Assembly (NCBI GenBank): GCA_963713605.1
Contig: CAVQMO010000010.1
Span: forward strand, 608,001 to 672,000
Length of the DNA stretch: 64,000 nt
From: an uncultured Nitrososphaerales archaeon
GTDB lineage: Archaea; Thermoproteota; Nitrososphaeria; Nitrososphaerales; Nitrososphaeraceae
Direction of reading: 5' to 3'
Under the pieces are notes generated by a model, which saw only the letters and a list, made by a program, of their open reading frames with translations, searched no databases and was not told the DNA's origin. Each line of letters begins with the position of its first letter. The first letter of the stretch is position 1. The translations under genes and the position numbers were made by a program. Positions 22,790-35,473 of this stretch are shown piece by piece.

Positions 22790-24306
22790 AGATACTCACC
22801 ATCTTCGTCATATTGTTCACCTTTAAAGCTGTCGGGGAATGAGAAAGAAGACAAGTGAAAGACTCACAAGTATCACTAATACGTGTACATTGACCGGAGA
22901 AAGCGATTGGTTTGTGTACATTTGAGTTTGTTGGTTACACCCTTAGTGAAAAAAGCTTAGAGTTACCTCATCTTGTGGAAGGGCCATAGAATAGAAGGTC
23001 AGGATAGAAAAAAATACAAAAGGCATCTTCCTGGACAGCGTTAGTGAAACTCGGTAAGTCGATAAGTCTAAGTAGTTTTGTTACGCTTAATCTCTTCATC
23101 AAGACCAGTGCCAACCGCTCTGCTAAGGTTCCTTAACCTTCTTTCTCTCGCAGCTGACTCTAACAAGTCGAGAGGGTAGCTATTACTCTTCTAAGCCGTA
23201 TAAGTATTCTGTTATCATTCAACTTTTATTCTGCGAATACTAGACTTACTTAATCTCCAAATACAAGAAATAATTCGATAGTGTGCAACAGATCATCTCT
23301 TCGCTCAAGAAATGATTCCAAAACAGCATAGATGAAGGTGCATCTCAAACTGGTGGAGGATATCGATTCTCGCGAGGCCAGATTTCAATAAATAAACCAA
23401 CTGTATTTGAAAGCGGTCCTAGCTCACAGGATTCCCAAGGTCGGCTATCATGGGTGACAATCAAAGCTCGCCGGTCCATGTTACTCGGAATAACTGCAAT
23501 GTGCCAGATCACCGGTATAACTTCCTAAGTCTTATTGGTTAAGATGATAAATTATGTATATGAAAAACGCAAACCATTACCTCGTCCGTCATGCATTATT
23601 CCTAGGTGGTTCATAGTTATACAACGCTAGCCTAAATGAATCAAGAATATCATTGTGAGATGTTTGTTGCTTGTCTAGCTTAGCATAGCACAAGTTAACC
23701 AACTACTAATAGTATAGGAGCGTCTATGGTTTAGCTATTTCTATTTCTATTAATTTTTTTTCTGACTTTGGCGTTCTCACTTCTCTTTCTAACTTCTCTA
23801 TCCGTTTAGTGAGCTCTCCAACTTGAAGATCTATTTCCTTCTTTATCTGTGGGACACTTCCAATTAACCAATCGTTATTAAGCCTGATACGGTTCCTTTT
23901 GAAGAACTGAAGTATTGCGGACTTCGATAGGTTTTTGGAAGACGGCCTTGAGATGTTTCTTCTACTTAAGATAGATAAGGAAATCAGAGATTACCTCCTC
24001 TTCCTCCTCTGGTTCTCTCTTCAGCAAGTGCAGCAAATCTCCCTCATTGCTCATACCAATGCCAAGTTATTTCAGGAAGCCGTTGAACTGATACTTATAT
24101 TGCCTCGCCGATTGACTCGACTAGAGCCCCTCTGTCACATAATGAATCTTTGGGTGGCAGTAAGAGGCCTGGTTCCAATATGCCTTCGTCGCGGTGCAAG
24201 AAGAGGCATTGTGACTATCAAATTAAAGGTCTAAGTTGTATTTAGCGCCGTCTAAAGTCCGCAAAATAAAGGTTTAAACGTCCATGTTAACAATTAAGTT
24301 CTTCGA

Positions 24307-24774
24307 TTGACCGAGCCAAATTTTTTGAATATTGTAGTAGCAATTGATGGTTCAGAACCATCATTTGATGCAGCTGGTTATGCAATTAGTCTTGCTGAAT
24401 TGTACCATTCTCAATTAACAGCATTGTATGTGGTATCTGCTCGGGTCCACAGTGATTTCGATTCAGATATGCCTGAAGAAAAAATGCCAGATCAAATTAA
24501 GAAAATCATGAATGAGGCAAAAAAAGAATCTGGACCATGGTTTAACAGAATTAGGAGCGCAATGGACAATGAAAGTTTGATCGATTTTCGTACAATGATT
24601 ATAGTGAGCTCCGTGAAAGTTTCGGGAGTTATCGTCAACTTTTCCGAAGATGCTAAAGCAGACCTCATAGTAATAGGTACACGCGGGAGGTCTGGCTTTA
24701 GAAGGCTTCTTTTAGGAAGTGTTGCCTCTGATACCGTAATGTACGCGCATTGCCCTGTATTGGTCGTAAAGTGA
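24307..24774 (+). CDS. Universal stress protein (UspA family)
   Basis: IVVAIDGSEPS; ADLIVIGTRGRSG..RLLLGSVA; HCPVLVVK. Confidence 0.95.
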   Translation: MTEPNFLNIVVAIDGSEPSFDAAGYAISLAELYHSQLTALYVVSARVHSDFDSDMPEEKMPDQIKKIMNEAKKESGPWFNRIRSAMDNESLIDFRTMIIVSSVKVSGVIVNFSEDAKADLIVIGTRGRSGFRRLLLGSVASDTVMYAHCPVLVVK

Positions 24775-24798
24775 GTGCCAGACATCAGTCTCATGTTT

Positions 24799-25309
24799 TA
24801 CTCAAGAGGACGATGATTAGCACCCATCCTATCTATCTTGATTTGCACCTCTCCATCGGTACTTTGGTTTTACTGCTAATTGGGCCGGTGTATATATCAG
24901 GTGCTCCTTTGTGAAGGCTGATAACTCGTAGTCATCTGTCATGTACAAGGCATAAAATGGGCAGGCGTCAACACATAATCCACAAAAGACGCATTTTCCA
25001 TAATCGATTTGTGGCATGATGGCTTTCTTATTATGCTTCCACTGTTCATCAACTTTGACCATTCCAATAGCTTCTGCTATACCTTCGCATGCAATGGCAC
25101 ATAACTGACATCCGGTACATTTATCATGAAAAAGAATATGTCTTCCTCTATATCCTGCTATACCTACACCACGCTTTGGATCAAACTGATATCCATCGCC
25201 TACAAATTTCAATTTCTCCTCTGGATATCTAAAGGTAAACCTCTTGATCAAAAGATGTTTTGATCCAGATTCAATAGTTTTGATAAATCCACTAGCTGTA
25301 TCTACTCAA
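24799..25309 (-). CDS. nuoI: NADH-quinone oxidoreductase subunit I (2x[4Fe-4S]), standalone; frameshifts at both ends
   Basis: T.RYPEEK, YRGRH, CTGCQLCAIAC, CVFCGLCVDACP, ALYMT.DYEL. Confidence 0.85.
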
Positions 25310-25578
25310 TTCGTAGCAGTAATGATATGTATTACATTGAAGTATATAAGCGATCCCAAGATGCAGGTTCAGACCACTTTTCATGATGGTCAAGCTATAT
25401 TCCAGTTATAGCATGTCCTAACTAACAATAGTAAGAAATAATAATTTGCTACAAGCGATAGTAGGCCATTTAGAGTTCGCACATATCATTTCAGTTGGGA
25501 AACATACCTCGTTTTTAGATTTACTAGAAGATAACGTCTTAATAGCATTATAATTTAATTCTAAAGCGTCACTATAAA

Positions 25579-26791
25579 ATGCCTAAAGATTACCTTAGCA
25601 AGGGAAGATTCGGAAGATACGGGGGATGCTATATCCCTGAAACGCTGGTTCCACCAATCCAGGAACTAGAAAGGGCATACGCTAAATGTAAGAAAGATCC
25701 TCTGTTTAAAAGTCAGCTTCGCTATTATCTAAGTGAATATGCAGGAAGGCCAACACCGCTTTATTTTGCAAAAAATCTAACTCATTACATAGGCGGTGCC
25801 AGGATCTACCTAAAGAGAGAAGATCTGTTACACGGAGGAGCTCATAAAATTAACAATACCTTGGGCCAGGCATTATTGGCTAAAAGGATGGGAAAAAAAA
25901 GGATCATAGCAGAAACAGGTGCAGGGCAACATGGGGTTGCAACATCAATTGCGTGTGGCAGCACTCAATCTGAACGCAGAAGTTTACATGGGTCTCAAAG
26001 ACACCCAGAGGCAAAGCCAGAACGTACTTAGGATGCAGCTACTTGGTGCTATAGTCCATGAAGTTAGTTCTGGAAGTCAAACCTTGAAAGATGCCATAAA
26101 TGAAGCATTAAGGGATTGGATATTGAATGTTGAAGATACATATTATTTGATTGGATCTGTGGTGGGACCACATCCTTATCCAACAATAGTGCGGGATTTC
26201 CAGAGCGTGATAGGAAGTGAGATTAAAAGCCAGGCAATAGAAAAATTCGGACGACTCCCGGACGCTGTAGTTGCTTGTGTTGGAGGGGGTAGTAACGCCA
26301 TCGGAAGCTTCTACCCTCTCCTTAAGAAAGGAGAGGTTTCGCTCTATGGAGTCGAGGCCGGTGGAAAAGGGTTAAGCACGCTAAAGCACTCTGCTAGTTT
26401 AAATGCCGGAACTGTCGGGGTTTTACACGGAATGAGGAGCTACCTTTTGCAAGACAAGTTTGGTCAAGTACTCAATACCCATAGCATTTCAGCGGGCCTC
26501 GACTACCCAGGAGTCGGACCAGAACATGCGTATCTTAAAGATATTCGGAGAGCAAAGTATGTAAGTTGTACAGATCGTGATGCAATCAACGCCTTTAAGG
26601 CACTGTGTAAATATGAAGGGATCATTCCAGCTCTGGAATCATCTCACGCGTTGGCTTATGCTATGAAGCTTGCTAAGAAAATAGGACGAAGTAAGAATAT
26701 AGTTGTGACTCTATCTGGCCGAGGTGACAAAGACATCAATATTCTTTTGGAATGTAATGAAATTTCACGAAATGGAATGAAATCAAAATAA
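25579..26791 (+). CDS. trpB: Tryptophan synthase beta chain; frameshifted near 25955
   Basis: [55 protein letters not shown]. Confidence 0.96.
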
Positions 26792-27623
26792 TGGCTATAA
26801 AAAATAAGGATGATCGGATTGGTAAAAAGTTTAGTGACTTAAGAGAAAGAAAACAGGCAGCTTTGATCTGTTATATGGTAGCAGGCTTCCCCGACTTAAA
26901 AACGATGTACTTCTGTTATTGAGACATTGGTTAAAGCAGGAGCAGACATGATTGAAATAGGAATCCCTTTTTCCGATCCTATAGCTGATGGCCCAACTAT
27001 TCAGGAAGCCTCATACCATGCATTAACTCATGGAGTTAGGCCTCAACAGTGTATTGCATTAGCTAGGGCTACCAGGAAGATATTTCCCGACTTACCACTC
27101 ATTCTTATGACTTATAGCAATATCTTGTACCGTGCAGGATTTGAGCACTTTATGTGTAAAGCCAGAGATTCAGGTATTGATGGGTTTATTTTACCTGATA
27201 TGTCAATAGAGGAATCAGAGGAATACACCAGAATCTCTCACGAGCTTGGGTTGGCTTCCATTTTCATAGTTTCTCCAAACACAGAAGATAACCGTGTACG
27301 AAGAATTATGAATGCTTCTACAGGCTTCATGTACGCCGTCTCAGTTTATGGTGTCACAGGTGTCAGAAATACGCTTTATGATCGTTCCATAAAAAGGATA
27401 GTTGAACTTCGAAAGAATTCAAATCCCTATCTTCCGGTCGCTGTAGGCTTTGGAGTGCAAAAACCAGGATCATGTTTCCATGATGGTTGCAGCTGGTGCC
27501 GACGCGATAATTATGGGGAGCGCCCTGGTAAATATTATAAAAACAGCAGAGAAGAATCCAAAAATGTTAAATGACCTCTACGATTTAGTTCGTCGTATGA
27601 AGAATGCCTGTCGTCACCAGTAA
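26791..27623 (+). CDS. trpA: Tryptophan synthase alpha chain; frameshifted
   Basis: EIGIPFSDPIADGPTIQ, LMTYSN, VSVYGVTG, AVGFG; ATG overlaps trpB stop. Confidence 0.95.
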
Positions 27624-27694
27624 TCTTCTCAGGAACCATTGTCAACCGATATGCCGAACAGTGCTTAAGGAAGCCAGCCATCATCGAAATAAAA

Positions 27695-28507
27695 ATGAAT
27701 GAGCAAGACCTTCAGAAACTGTTTATTGAATCACTTCTTTCAGGTGAAATCCAAGGGATGGATGAAATAATTGACATACCATCACTTCAGAAAGCAGAAA
27801 GAATAGTAAGAATAAAGAAAGAAGCTTACTTCAGATATTTTGATCTCGTTATCGGTGTCATCAGCTTGCAAAGAAATTTGCCAACGCAAATAAAGGTTGA
27901 ATCAATTGACATGTATGATAGATACCAGAACCTGATAATGCGTACTTCAGAATTACTTGCCTTTGCTAGGGAAGAGAATTGCCGGGTTGATTTGGTTGAT
28001 TTGATTCCTGTAGAATTTAAATCTGATAATGATTCACTTGATGAAAGACTTCCTAGGCAGGTTATCAATGCGATATTGGCTTTCGGACGATCTGTTGTAG
28101 TTTTTGACAAGAGACACACTGCGAGAATTCAAAAATACGGATTATTCAGATTATTGCCTGCTTCCATAATCGGATATTCGATTGACAATAAGTTCAAGGT
28201 GATTTCGTTGAACAAACGTATCGTTGGGGATTCTTTAGTCAAGCCTCAAAAATCTGTGATTGCGAAAATACTTAGTGATAACGGCTTAATGGATAATCTT
28301 ACAGCCATTTATTCGCACATAGATATGACCCAGAGGATCTATCTAAAAATGCTCTTCAACCAAATATTTGAGGAAAAGATTGATCTTTTGCAAGAAGAGA
28401 TAGAATTTCTCTCTGGGCTCAATAAGAATCCGAAATTTTATGCAAAGGAGCAGATAAAAAAAATTGTAAGAGAAAGCATGAATCGAAAAATTACCGATTA
28501 TGCATAA
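27695..28507 (+). CDS. Hypothetical protein with PD-(D/E)xK nuclease-like motif
   Basis: E..FRYFDLVI ... IPVEFKSDND.LD.RLPRQV...AFGRSVVV. Confidence 0.5.
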   Translation: MNEQDLQKLFIESLLSGEIQGMDEIIDIPSLQKAERIVRIKKEAYFRYFDLVIGVISLQRNLPTQIKVESIDMYDRYQNLIMRTSELLAFAREENCRVDLVDLIPVEFKSDNDSLDERLPRQVINAILAFGRSVVVFDKRHTARIQKYGLFRLLPASIIGYSIDNKFKVISLNKRIVGDSLVKPQKSVIAKILSDNGLMDNLTAIYSHIDMTQRIYLKMLFNQIFEEKIDLLQEEIEFLSGLNKNPKFYAKEQIKKIVRESMNRKITDYA

Positions 28508-28623
28508 TCGCTGCTTTATGTTACTTGGTGTTGTGGTAAATGACATGAATTATCTACTTAGAAAGAGAAGAAGAGTACCGCATCTGAATTATTAAATGAT
28601 GGCAAGACAAAATATAGGTTAAT

Positions 28624-28947
28624 TTATGGCGTCACAATTCCAGAAGAATCTGTGGCAAACAAGATATTATTTATGGTAACCTGAAACTTGTGCCCGTTTC
28701 TTTCAACTATAACTTCTATATCGTCAAGGGAATCAGATATTTCTGTACCCTCAATTCGAGCAATCACTACATGAAGTGATTCATGGGCAATTAACGAATC
28801 CATGTAAGGCTCTATCTCATCGAAATCGCTTGAGCCTCTCCTAGCTGTTTCGCGGGATGTGATAACTACCATAGTGGTTCCCTCATATGTGAAGTAAGCA
28901 GGGGAATTATCGATAGCACACGCGAATGCGAAATCATTTATTGGCAA
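28624..28947 (-). CDS. Conserved hypothetical protein with HExxH motif
   Basis: LIAHESLHVVI in a 107-aa ORF. Confidence 0.65.
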   Translation of the reverse strand: MPINDFAFACAIDNSPAYFTYEGTTMVVITSRETARRGSSDFDEIEPYMDSLIAHESLHVVIARIEGTEISDSLDDIEVIVERNGHKFQVTINNILFATDSSGIVTP

Positions 28948-29050
28948 TGGTCAATAAAGTTTGCATCATATGCTATATATACAAACAGATCTATAGGTGT
29001 TTTGCGATATAATATGGAAGAATTGCTACTTGTTAACAAATTATGGAGTT

Positions 29051-31586
29051 TCAGATGACGAAATACTCAGCCTCAGGATGGTGGACTACAATTGCCGCAG
29101 TTGATTGGTCAGGAATTATTTGCCCGGCTTCCGTAAGGAATATCTCTGACATAGACGGATCCAACAGTTTCCAAACTAGGTGATGTTGGGCAACATCTGG
29201 GCAGCTTGGATAGCCCCAACTATACCTCAATCCCCTTGGCGGAGCGATATTCAAGTCATACCTAATTCTGTGATTAACCCATTCTGCCAACGCTTCAGCT
29301 GTTTCGACAGCAAGACCATGCAGATAGTAAGCGTCGGTGTATCTATTTTCCAGGTTCCACTCCTCAATAACTGAGCTAGCTCTTTTTCCTACGGTAACCA
29401 CCTGAAATGCTACTATGTCGTTTTTACCAAAGTAATCTGTAATGCACAAGTGTTTCTCCAATGATGATCTCGGAAAATCAAAACCTACCTCTCCAGTACC
29501 ATTTGGAATCTCTACCTGAAGCACGTTGTTACTACTGTGACATTTGAAATATCCATAAACGACGTTACACGCAAACAATTTCTGCTTCATAACCCTGTCT
29601 TGCCATTCTATTAGCAAGGCTTCGGGATCCGTCTCTGTCTTGTTGATGGATTTACCCCGCATTCCCCACGACAATACGAATAGAGATTTTTTGTTTAGAA
29701 ACTTCCATACCTCGTAAAGATCGATATTATTCTGACCGATTCTGATAATCTTGTTAATGTGAGGGGGCTTTGGTGGTATGACTGGGACTATCTTGCTATG
29801 AGGAAACACTTCAGCCTTTTTAGTATAAGAAATATTGTCTTTCCATTTACTCAATTTGTACTTCCAGTCAGACAAGAACGATTCCTTTTGATCTGACGTA
29901 ATACTATTCATTACTTTTAATCCATCGAACGCTGTCTTACAGTAGAACACACCGGTATCATAGATTCCTCCATCCTTTGCTATCCGATTTATGTAATTGC
30001 TATTTATTGCAGCTCCTCCACAGAGAATAGGAATCTTAATGTCATTTGTTCTTGCATACTCAACAAAATATTGCATCTGCTTCGAAGTTGAAACTAGCAA
30101 TGCAGACAATCCTATGGCGTCAGGTTTCACCTCCTTTATCTTATCTACTATAGTCTGAAGCCCTACTTGTTTACCAAGGTCATAAACGGTATACCCGTTA
30201 TTGGTCACGATGGTCTTTACCAGGTTTTTCCCGATATCATGAACATCACCGTAAACGGTACAGAGTACCAATTTACCCTTAGTAACCCCTTCCTGTTTGA
30301 TCAGATACTTCTCCAATTCTGCAACTGCTGCCTTCATACATTCTGCAGATTTGAGAACAAAAGGCAGGATGATTTCACCGGCACCAAATTTATCGCCTAC
30401 CTCTTTCATGGCAGGAAGTAGAACTTCATTCAGGGTTCTGACAGCTGAATCGTGTGCAATCTTACTAGAACAGTGTAGGGTCTTGTGAGAAACTCCAAAT
30501 TCATCAATCTTATCTTCCAATACTGCATCATAATTCTTGTCACATCTTTCGGCGATAGCAGCAACGACGTCGTTTTCAATTCCTTCCTTCAGTCTATTTA
30601 CAATGCGGAAGTAGCATCTCCGGCCGGCGTCCCACGAGGGATCTACATCTAGTCTGCTGGTTGATTTACTATAATTATCTGTATTCGATGACAGTTCGAA
30701 ATAAGAAATAAAATCACTTAGCGAATTATTATTTCGATTAAATATCAGATCTTCGGCTAGCTTTTTCTCGTGCGAACTAATAGAAGCATAAGGTATTACA
30801 TCCTTTGCATTAACAATGACGGTATCTAAACCATATTGCAATGCGTGGTAAAGGAAGACGGAATTAAGGATCTTCCTGGCATTATGAGCTAAACCAAAGC
30901 TCACATTGCTAAGTCCTAACGTTGTGAAGCTTTCTGGAAATCTCTTCTTTACTCGTCGTATCCCATCCAGCGTATCTTTTGCTGAATTTACAAATTCGCT
31001 CTCTCCTGTAGCTAAAGTGAAAGTTAAAACATCAAATAGATACTGCCAGGGCTTTAAATCATATTTCTCGCCAGTACCTAAAAAGGAGCTCAGCAGTCTT
31101 AACTTTTTCTTCTGCAGTCTTTGCCATTCCTTGAGGACCGATACACATGGCAATTGCTGGAACACCAAATCCCCTCATAAGCGGAGCTAGTTTATGAAAT
31201 CGATTTCCATCTCCTTCGAGATTTATGGAGTTTATTATGGGTTTTCCAGGTATTTGTCTTAGCGCGGATTCAACAACAAGCGGATCGGTAGAATCTATGA
31301 CTAAGGGAGCCTCAATTTCGATGCTAAGCTTCTTCACCAGTTTCGTCATGAATTCCATTTCGTCTGAGCGTTCAGTTGTAGCTACGCACACATCTAGGCA
31401 ATGAGCTCCGTCTTCAACTTGGGTTCTAGCCAATCTAAGGAGTCCGTCAAAGTCATTATTGAGAACTAAATCCTTGGCTCTCTTTGACCCTTGAGTGTTG
31501 AGTCTTTCCCCTATAATTAAAGGAGGTGGATTCTGAACGATATCTACAGCCTTCAATGCTGAACTAACTCGCGGTGTTATTGACAT
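29051..31586 (-). CDS. metH: Cobalamin-dependent methionine synthase, pterin-binding + B12-binding + reactivation domains; frameshifted near 31080
   Basis: IIGERLNTQGSK, LGLSNVSFG, GDVHDIGKN, GLSALL, RYSWGYPSCPD. Confidence 0.95.
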
Positions 31587-31659
31587 TTCCTATAATCCTT
31601 CAATCAAGGTTAATTTTCATAAACAAAGAATCAGAAGATAGATAGTGTATCAAATACGT

Positions 31660-32621
31660 TTAGTCATTCGGGGTAGTAAATCCTTCTTCCTTCAACATTT
31701 CCCTTAGTTTGTTAATATGTAGAGGAGTCGTGCCGCAACAACCACCAATAATCCTGATTCTGCTAAATTGTTTGATGAATCCGCGCATTTTTAGGGACAT
31801 GTCTTCAGGAGTCATCTTGTATACTGCCTTTCCACCGACATTTTGTGGCATCCCCGCGTTGGGAACTACTAGAATAGGTAGACCGTGCTGTTCATCCAAC
31901 CATCTTATACTTGGAAGCATTTCCTCAGGGCCGGTTGAACAGTTGAGACCAAAAATGTCTATGCCCATGTCACAAACTGTCGTATATGCTGCTTTGTACG
32001 TCAGTTCCAAGGAGCATGTTCCCGTATCTATCCAGAGTAACGTTCCCAATAAGAGGAACTCTTCTACCGACATTCTGGATTGCCACATGACAGGCTTCAA
32101 TTGCCAACTTGACCTCAAGTATATCTTGGCTTGTCTCTATCAGAAGAGAGTCAACCCCTCCCAAGAGCAATCCCTCGAATTGCGGTATGAACCCTTCAAT
32201 AATTTGTTGTGGAGAGACCTTTCCTAGGTCCTGATCCTCTGAACTTGGCAAAAACCCTGTAGGCCCCACAGAACCAATGACGTAGCGGTATCGATCCCCA
32301 AATTCATTACATACCTCCCTTGCCAATTCTTGCAGCACCTCGGTTAATTTCTACAGCTTTGTCTCCATATCCGTATTCCTTGAGCTTGAACAGATTGGAA
32401 CCAAATGAATTTGTTTCAATACAGTCTGCACCTGCCATAAGGTAGTCACGATGAATTTTTTTTATCCACTCGGGTTTGGTCATATTAAGCCCATCATTAA
32501 ATCCGTCGTTGCTTCCCGGGAAATCATGGGGTTGCGGATTAAGTTTTTGAATTTCAGTACCCATCCCGCCATCAAAAAGGATGATATGTTCTTGGATGGC
32601 TTCGGTAAGAGATAGAGGCAT
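31660..32621 (-). CDS. Homocysteine S-methyltransferase domain protein (split MetH N-terminal part); frameshifted
   Basis: FDGGMGT, AGADCIETNSFG, GSVGPT, GLNCSTGP, PNAGMP, GGCCGTTP. Confidence 0.93.
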
Positions 32622-32788
32622 GATATATTCGAAATATGACCATATTAAAATTAATACTTTTGCATTAGATATCTTGTAAGTATTAGGAATCGTTCGATAT
32701 TAATACGTAATATCGAACGTCGGACTATTTTAGACAAAGTTGGAGTTAGTTCATATTTGGTGCTATCAACATCATCATTGGCATTATC

Positions 32789-32863
32789 GGGCTCATAGTT
32801 CAGCTTGGATAGAATGGCTGCCTGCGGAGCAGTTGGTCGAGGGTTCGAATCCCTCTGGGCCCA
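32789..32863 (+). tRNA. tRNA-Arg (GCG)
   Basis: Acceptor GGGCTCA/TGGGCCC-A, D-arm TAGTTCAGCTTGGATAGAA, anticodon arm GCTGC-CT GCG GA-GCAGT, T-loop GGTTCGAATCC. Confidence 0.95.
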
Positions 32864-32917
32864 CGTCAATCTTGTCACTTTATTTAGGCCCGTGAGCATA
32901 ATCTTAGCAAGTAAAAG

Positions 32918-33250
32918 TTGCAAAAACCAGCACTGTCAATAGTTCAAGACAATAGAGGGGGTAGGAATCACATGACGAGGTTCATGTACGCACTGAAATG
33001 TCCAGAAACAAGAAGACAGTATCCTCGACGACTAAAGGTTTTTCTCGACTTTCTTGTCTCTGACAACACTAGTTTGGACGAACAGGCTTTGAAGTTATTG
33101 AATAAAATTAGAGATAATCCTAGATGGTTTGAAGACAAGTTCATGGATTTAATTTATTTGGACATAGAGATGCAGCGCAAGCAATTCTTGCGGTATGAAG
33201 ATGATTACACGGGCCAATATAGATATCGAATTACTCAAAGAGGGCAGTAA
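32918..33250 (+). pseudogene. N-terminal fragment of a thaumarchaeal tyrosine integrase directly downstream of tRNA-Arg
   Basis: RFMYALKCPETRRQYPRRLKVFLDFL..LDEQAL..W.E..FMD resembles the N-terminus of Nitrososphaeraceae integrases; catalytic domain absent; tRNA-adjacent position. Confidence 0.6.
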
Positions 33251-33410
33251 GCGGTATCTAGCCTTATTTACGGACTAACCCACCACGTAATAGTCCTAAT
33301 ACACTAGTTTTTAGGATCTCCGGTTATTATTATATCAAGTAAATAGTGCAATTATCATTAGGGTGCTTGATAAACAATCATAGAGCATGTAAGTGGAGCG
33401 ATAACATCAC

Positions 33411-33737
33411 ATGCGAATGTCGCTGCCACGCGGTAAATCGGCGATAAAGAAGTTTCCCGGCACTGACGACCTACTACCAACTGAAGAAGAGATAAATGAA
33501 TGGACCAGAAGGTCAAGGAAGGAAGGCGTATGCGGTATAATCAATTGCTTCAACAAGCCAACCGCTCAATGTAAAAAATGCACTACCTATTATTGTTCAG
33601 AACATTTTTCCCCACACATTGACCTATTGGCAGACGGCGACTATAAATACGCTAGTTCAAATGAAGATCTAGAACGGTATATGGGTGAAATTGATGACTC
33701 TAGTTCAAATGAGGGTCTAGATGCATATATGGATTGA
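33411..33737 (+). CDS. Small Cys/His zinc-finger protein with acidic tail
   Basis: CGIINC..P..QCKKC..YYCSEH..H. Confidence 0.6.
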   Translation: MRMSLPRGKSAIKKFPGTDDLLPTEEEINEWTRRSRKEGVCGIINCFNKPTAQCKKCTTYYCSEHFSPHIDLLADGDYKYASSNEDLERYMGEIDDSSSNEGLDAYMD

Positions 33738-34837
33738 CGTTACTAGTTTAATTGATTACGGTCTGTGGTGACGCTATAGGTGAACTGGGTGCAGATTATA
33801 CAAGACAGAGTCAAACTAGTATCTGAAGGTTTTGAGGTAGCGTCAAGAATCAGGCTCAGCCTCAGACTTAAAAGAATGAAGCTCGGTAAATAATATTTGA
33901 GGTCCTCAATAAATCTGGATTGGAAGCCTAGATTTCCGTGTAGACCAAACAAGTGCCTGAATTTGCCACTTTCATAGCATTTATTGGAATTCTTATCGGA
34001 ATCCAATAGTCGCTCTATCCATTAGATGGTTAAAGAAAAGGAGAAAGCCTGTAGAGCCCTTTTATTAGACTTACCAGTAAAAGTATCCTGCAGTTATCTT
34101 GCAACCGCTGTTAAAGGTATTAGACATGAATTTCAGATTTCTATAAGCCTTTTCAGGTTACTTTTAGTGTAGCTAATGGCATCAAAGTCAAATTAGATCT
34201 AATTGTCAGGGATTTTAAGTTCGGTGTTACACTGCTTATTGACATATTGTAACATATTGAACAATCTTGACCAATCTTGAACATGTCACGTACACTCCTA
34301 GCGGGGTACGTCAAGGAGTTTCTAAGATTGTCTAAAATGTCAGGTGTGTCAGGATCAAATGTCAAATCGAAAACTATTGCATTTCGAGTTACAGAAACCG
34401 ATTTTCAAGCATCGTCAGAATTAGCTCAGACAAATGGGACAGATAAACCATAATAATCCACACGTCCTTGCCCAACTTTTGCTTTCGCCAATATCATAAT
34501 GAAGATAATAACTGGGTCCAGACTTTAGACCAGGATCAGACAGTCTTTGCACTCGCAAGAGAAATTGCCAGTACTCTCATTTTAGCTATAGTAAAGACCT
34601 TAAATCAAGTATGATTGGCTTCAACTGAGATAAATCTACGTATTTTATAACCTAAAATGTAGCCAAAAATTTTAGGCAGATACTTAATCAAAAAATAGGG
34701 TCCACCAACGTAATCGAGCATTAGTAAAACAACCATATACCATTGATTCTGGAAGTTTAGAAGAGCCTCCACGAAAACACCATAATCTAAACATCTAAGC
34801 TTGTATGCATCGACACTACCCATAGTAGAAAGAAGTG

Positions 34838-34910
34838 AGAGGGGAAGGAATCAGTTGTCCAGATTCATATTCGCTTTGAAGAATCGAGTCCAGACGTCAG
34901 TATCCTAACC
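34838..34910 (+). pseudogene. Second, shorter remnant of the same integrase 5' end
   Basis: GAGGGGAAGGAATCAGTTGTCCAGATTCATATTCGCTTTGAAG... aligns with GAGGGGGTAGGAATCACATGACGAGGTTCATGTACGCACTGAAA at ~32955; reads LSRFIFALK/ESRRQYP. Confidence 0.55.
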
Positions 34911-35092
34911 TTACATCCAAGACATACCAGACTAATCACTGCCCTCAGAACCGCAGTGGAGAATGGAGAGAGATCTTTGGATGAGGAAGCAATTTCGCAT
35001 GACGATTTGTTCAACACATTTAGACTAGCATTAAGTTTCTGGCATTAATCACGGAAACTTAATGACTCGTTAGCGGAAGGGGAGAGTTCTGC

Positions 35093-35473
35093 TCACTTAA
35101 TTCTCTCGACCCACTGAAATCGCCACTCAGGTGGTTCGAATGGATCTCCAAAGTAGAGTGTTTCATGAGCGACCTTATCATCTTTGAACTCCATGATGCA
35201 CACCACATTGACTGGACGTCAGTCATATGTAATAACGTATTCAGTTACCCACAGACTTCCTTCTCCGGGTGTTCGCAGGATGTTAAAAGTAACTTTAGTG
35301 GGGTAGTGTGCCCTGAGTTTGTACAGGTTGCGTTCGCCAGAGATACGTTCGCCCGATTGTGGAAATTCAACTATGAGGTCGTCATGATAAATATCGTGCG
35401 CTGTATCTAAATCAAGTGCCACTGTGGCCTCCCAGTGACGTTCCAGAGCAGCACGTATATCGGAATTGTCCAA
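35093..35473 (-). CDS. SnoaL/NTF2-like protein; frameshift near 35220
   Basis: IRAALERHWEA...IYHDD..VEFPQSGERISG...LWVTEYVITYD/ RPVNVVCIMEFKDDKVAHETLYFGDPFEPPEWR. Confidence 0.75.

Noticed and set aside
23720..24234. ORF 23935..24234 (+) and possible minus-strand coiled-coil fragments
   Set aside because: No recognisable motif, and frame and strand cannot be resolved by eye
29051..32621. Split methionine synthase as a novelty
   Set aside because: Separate homocysteine-binding and pterin/B12 genes are a known arrangement
32651..32923. 90-aa ORF on the minus strand
   Set aside because: Antisense to tRNA-Arg (WAQRDSNPRP is the typical tRNA shadow translation)
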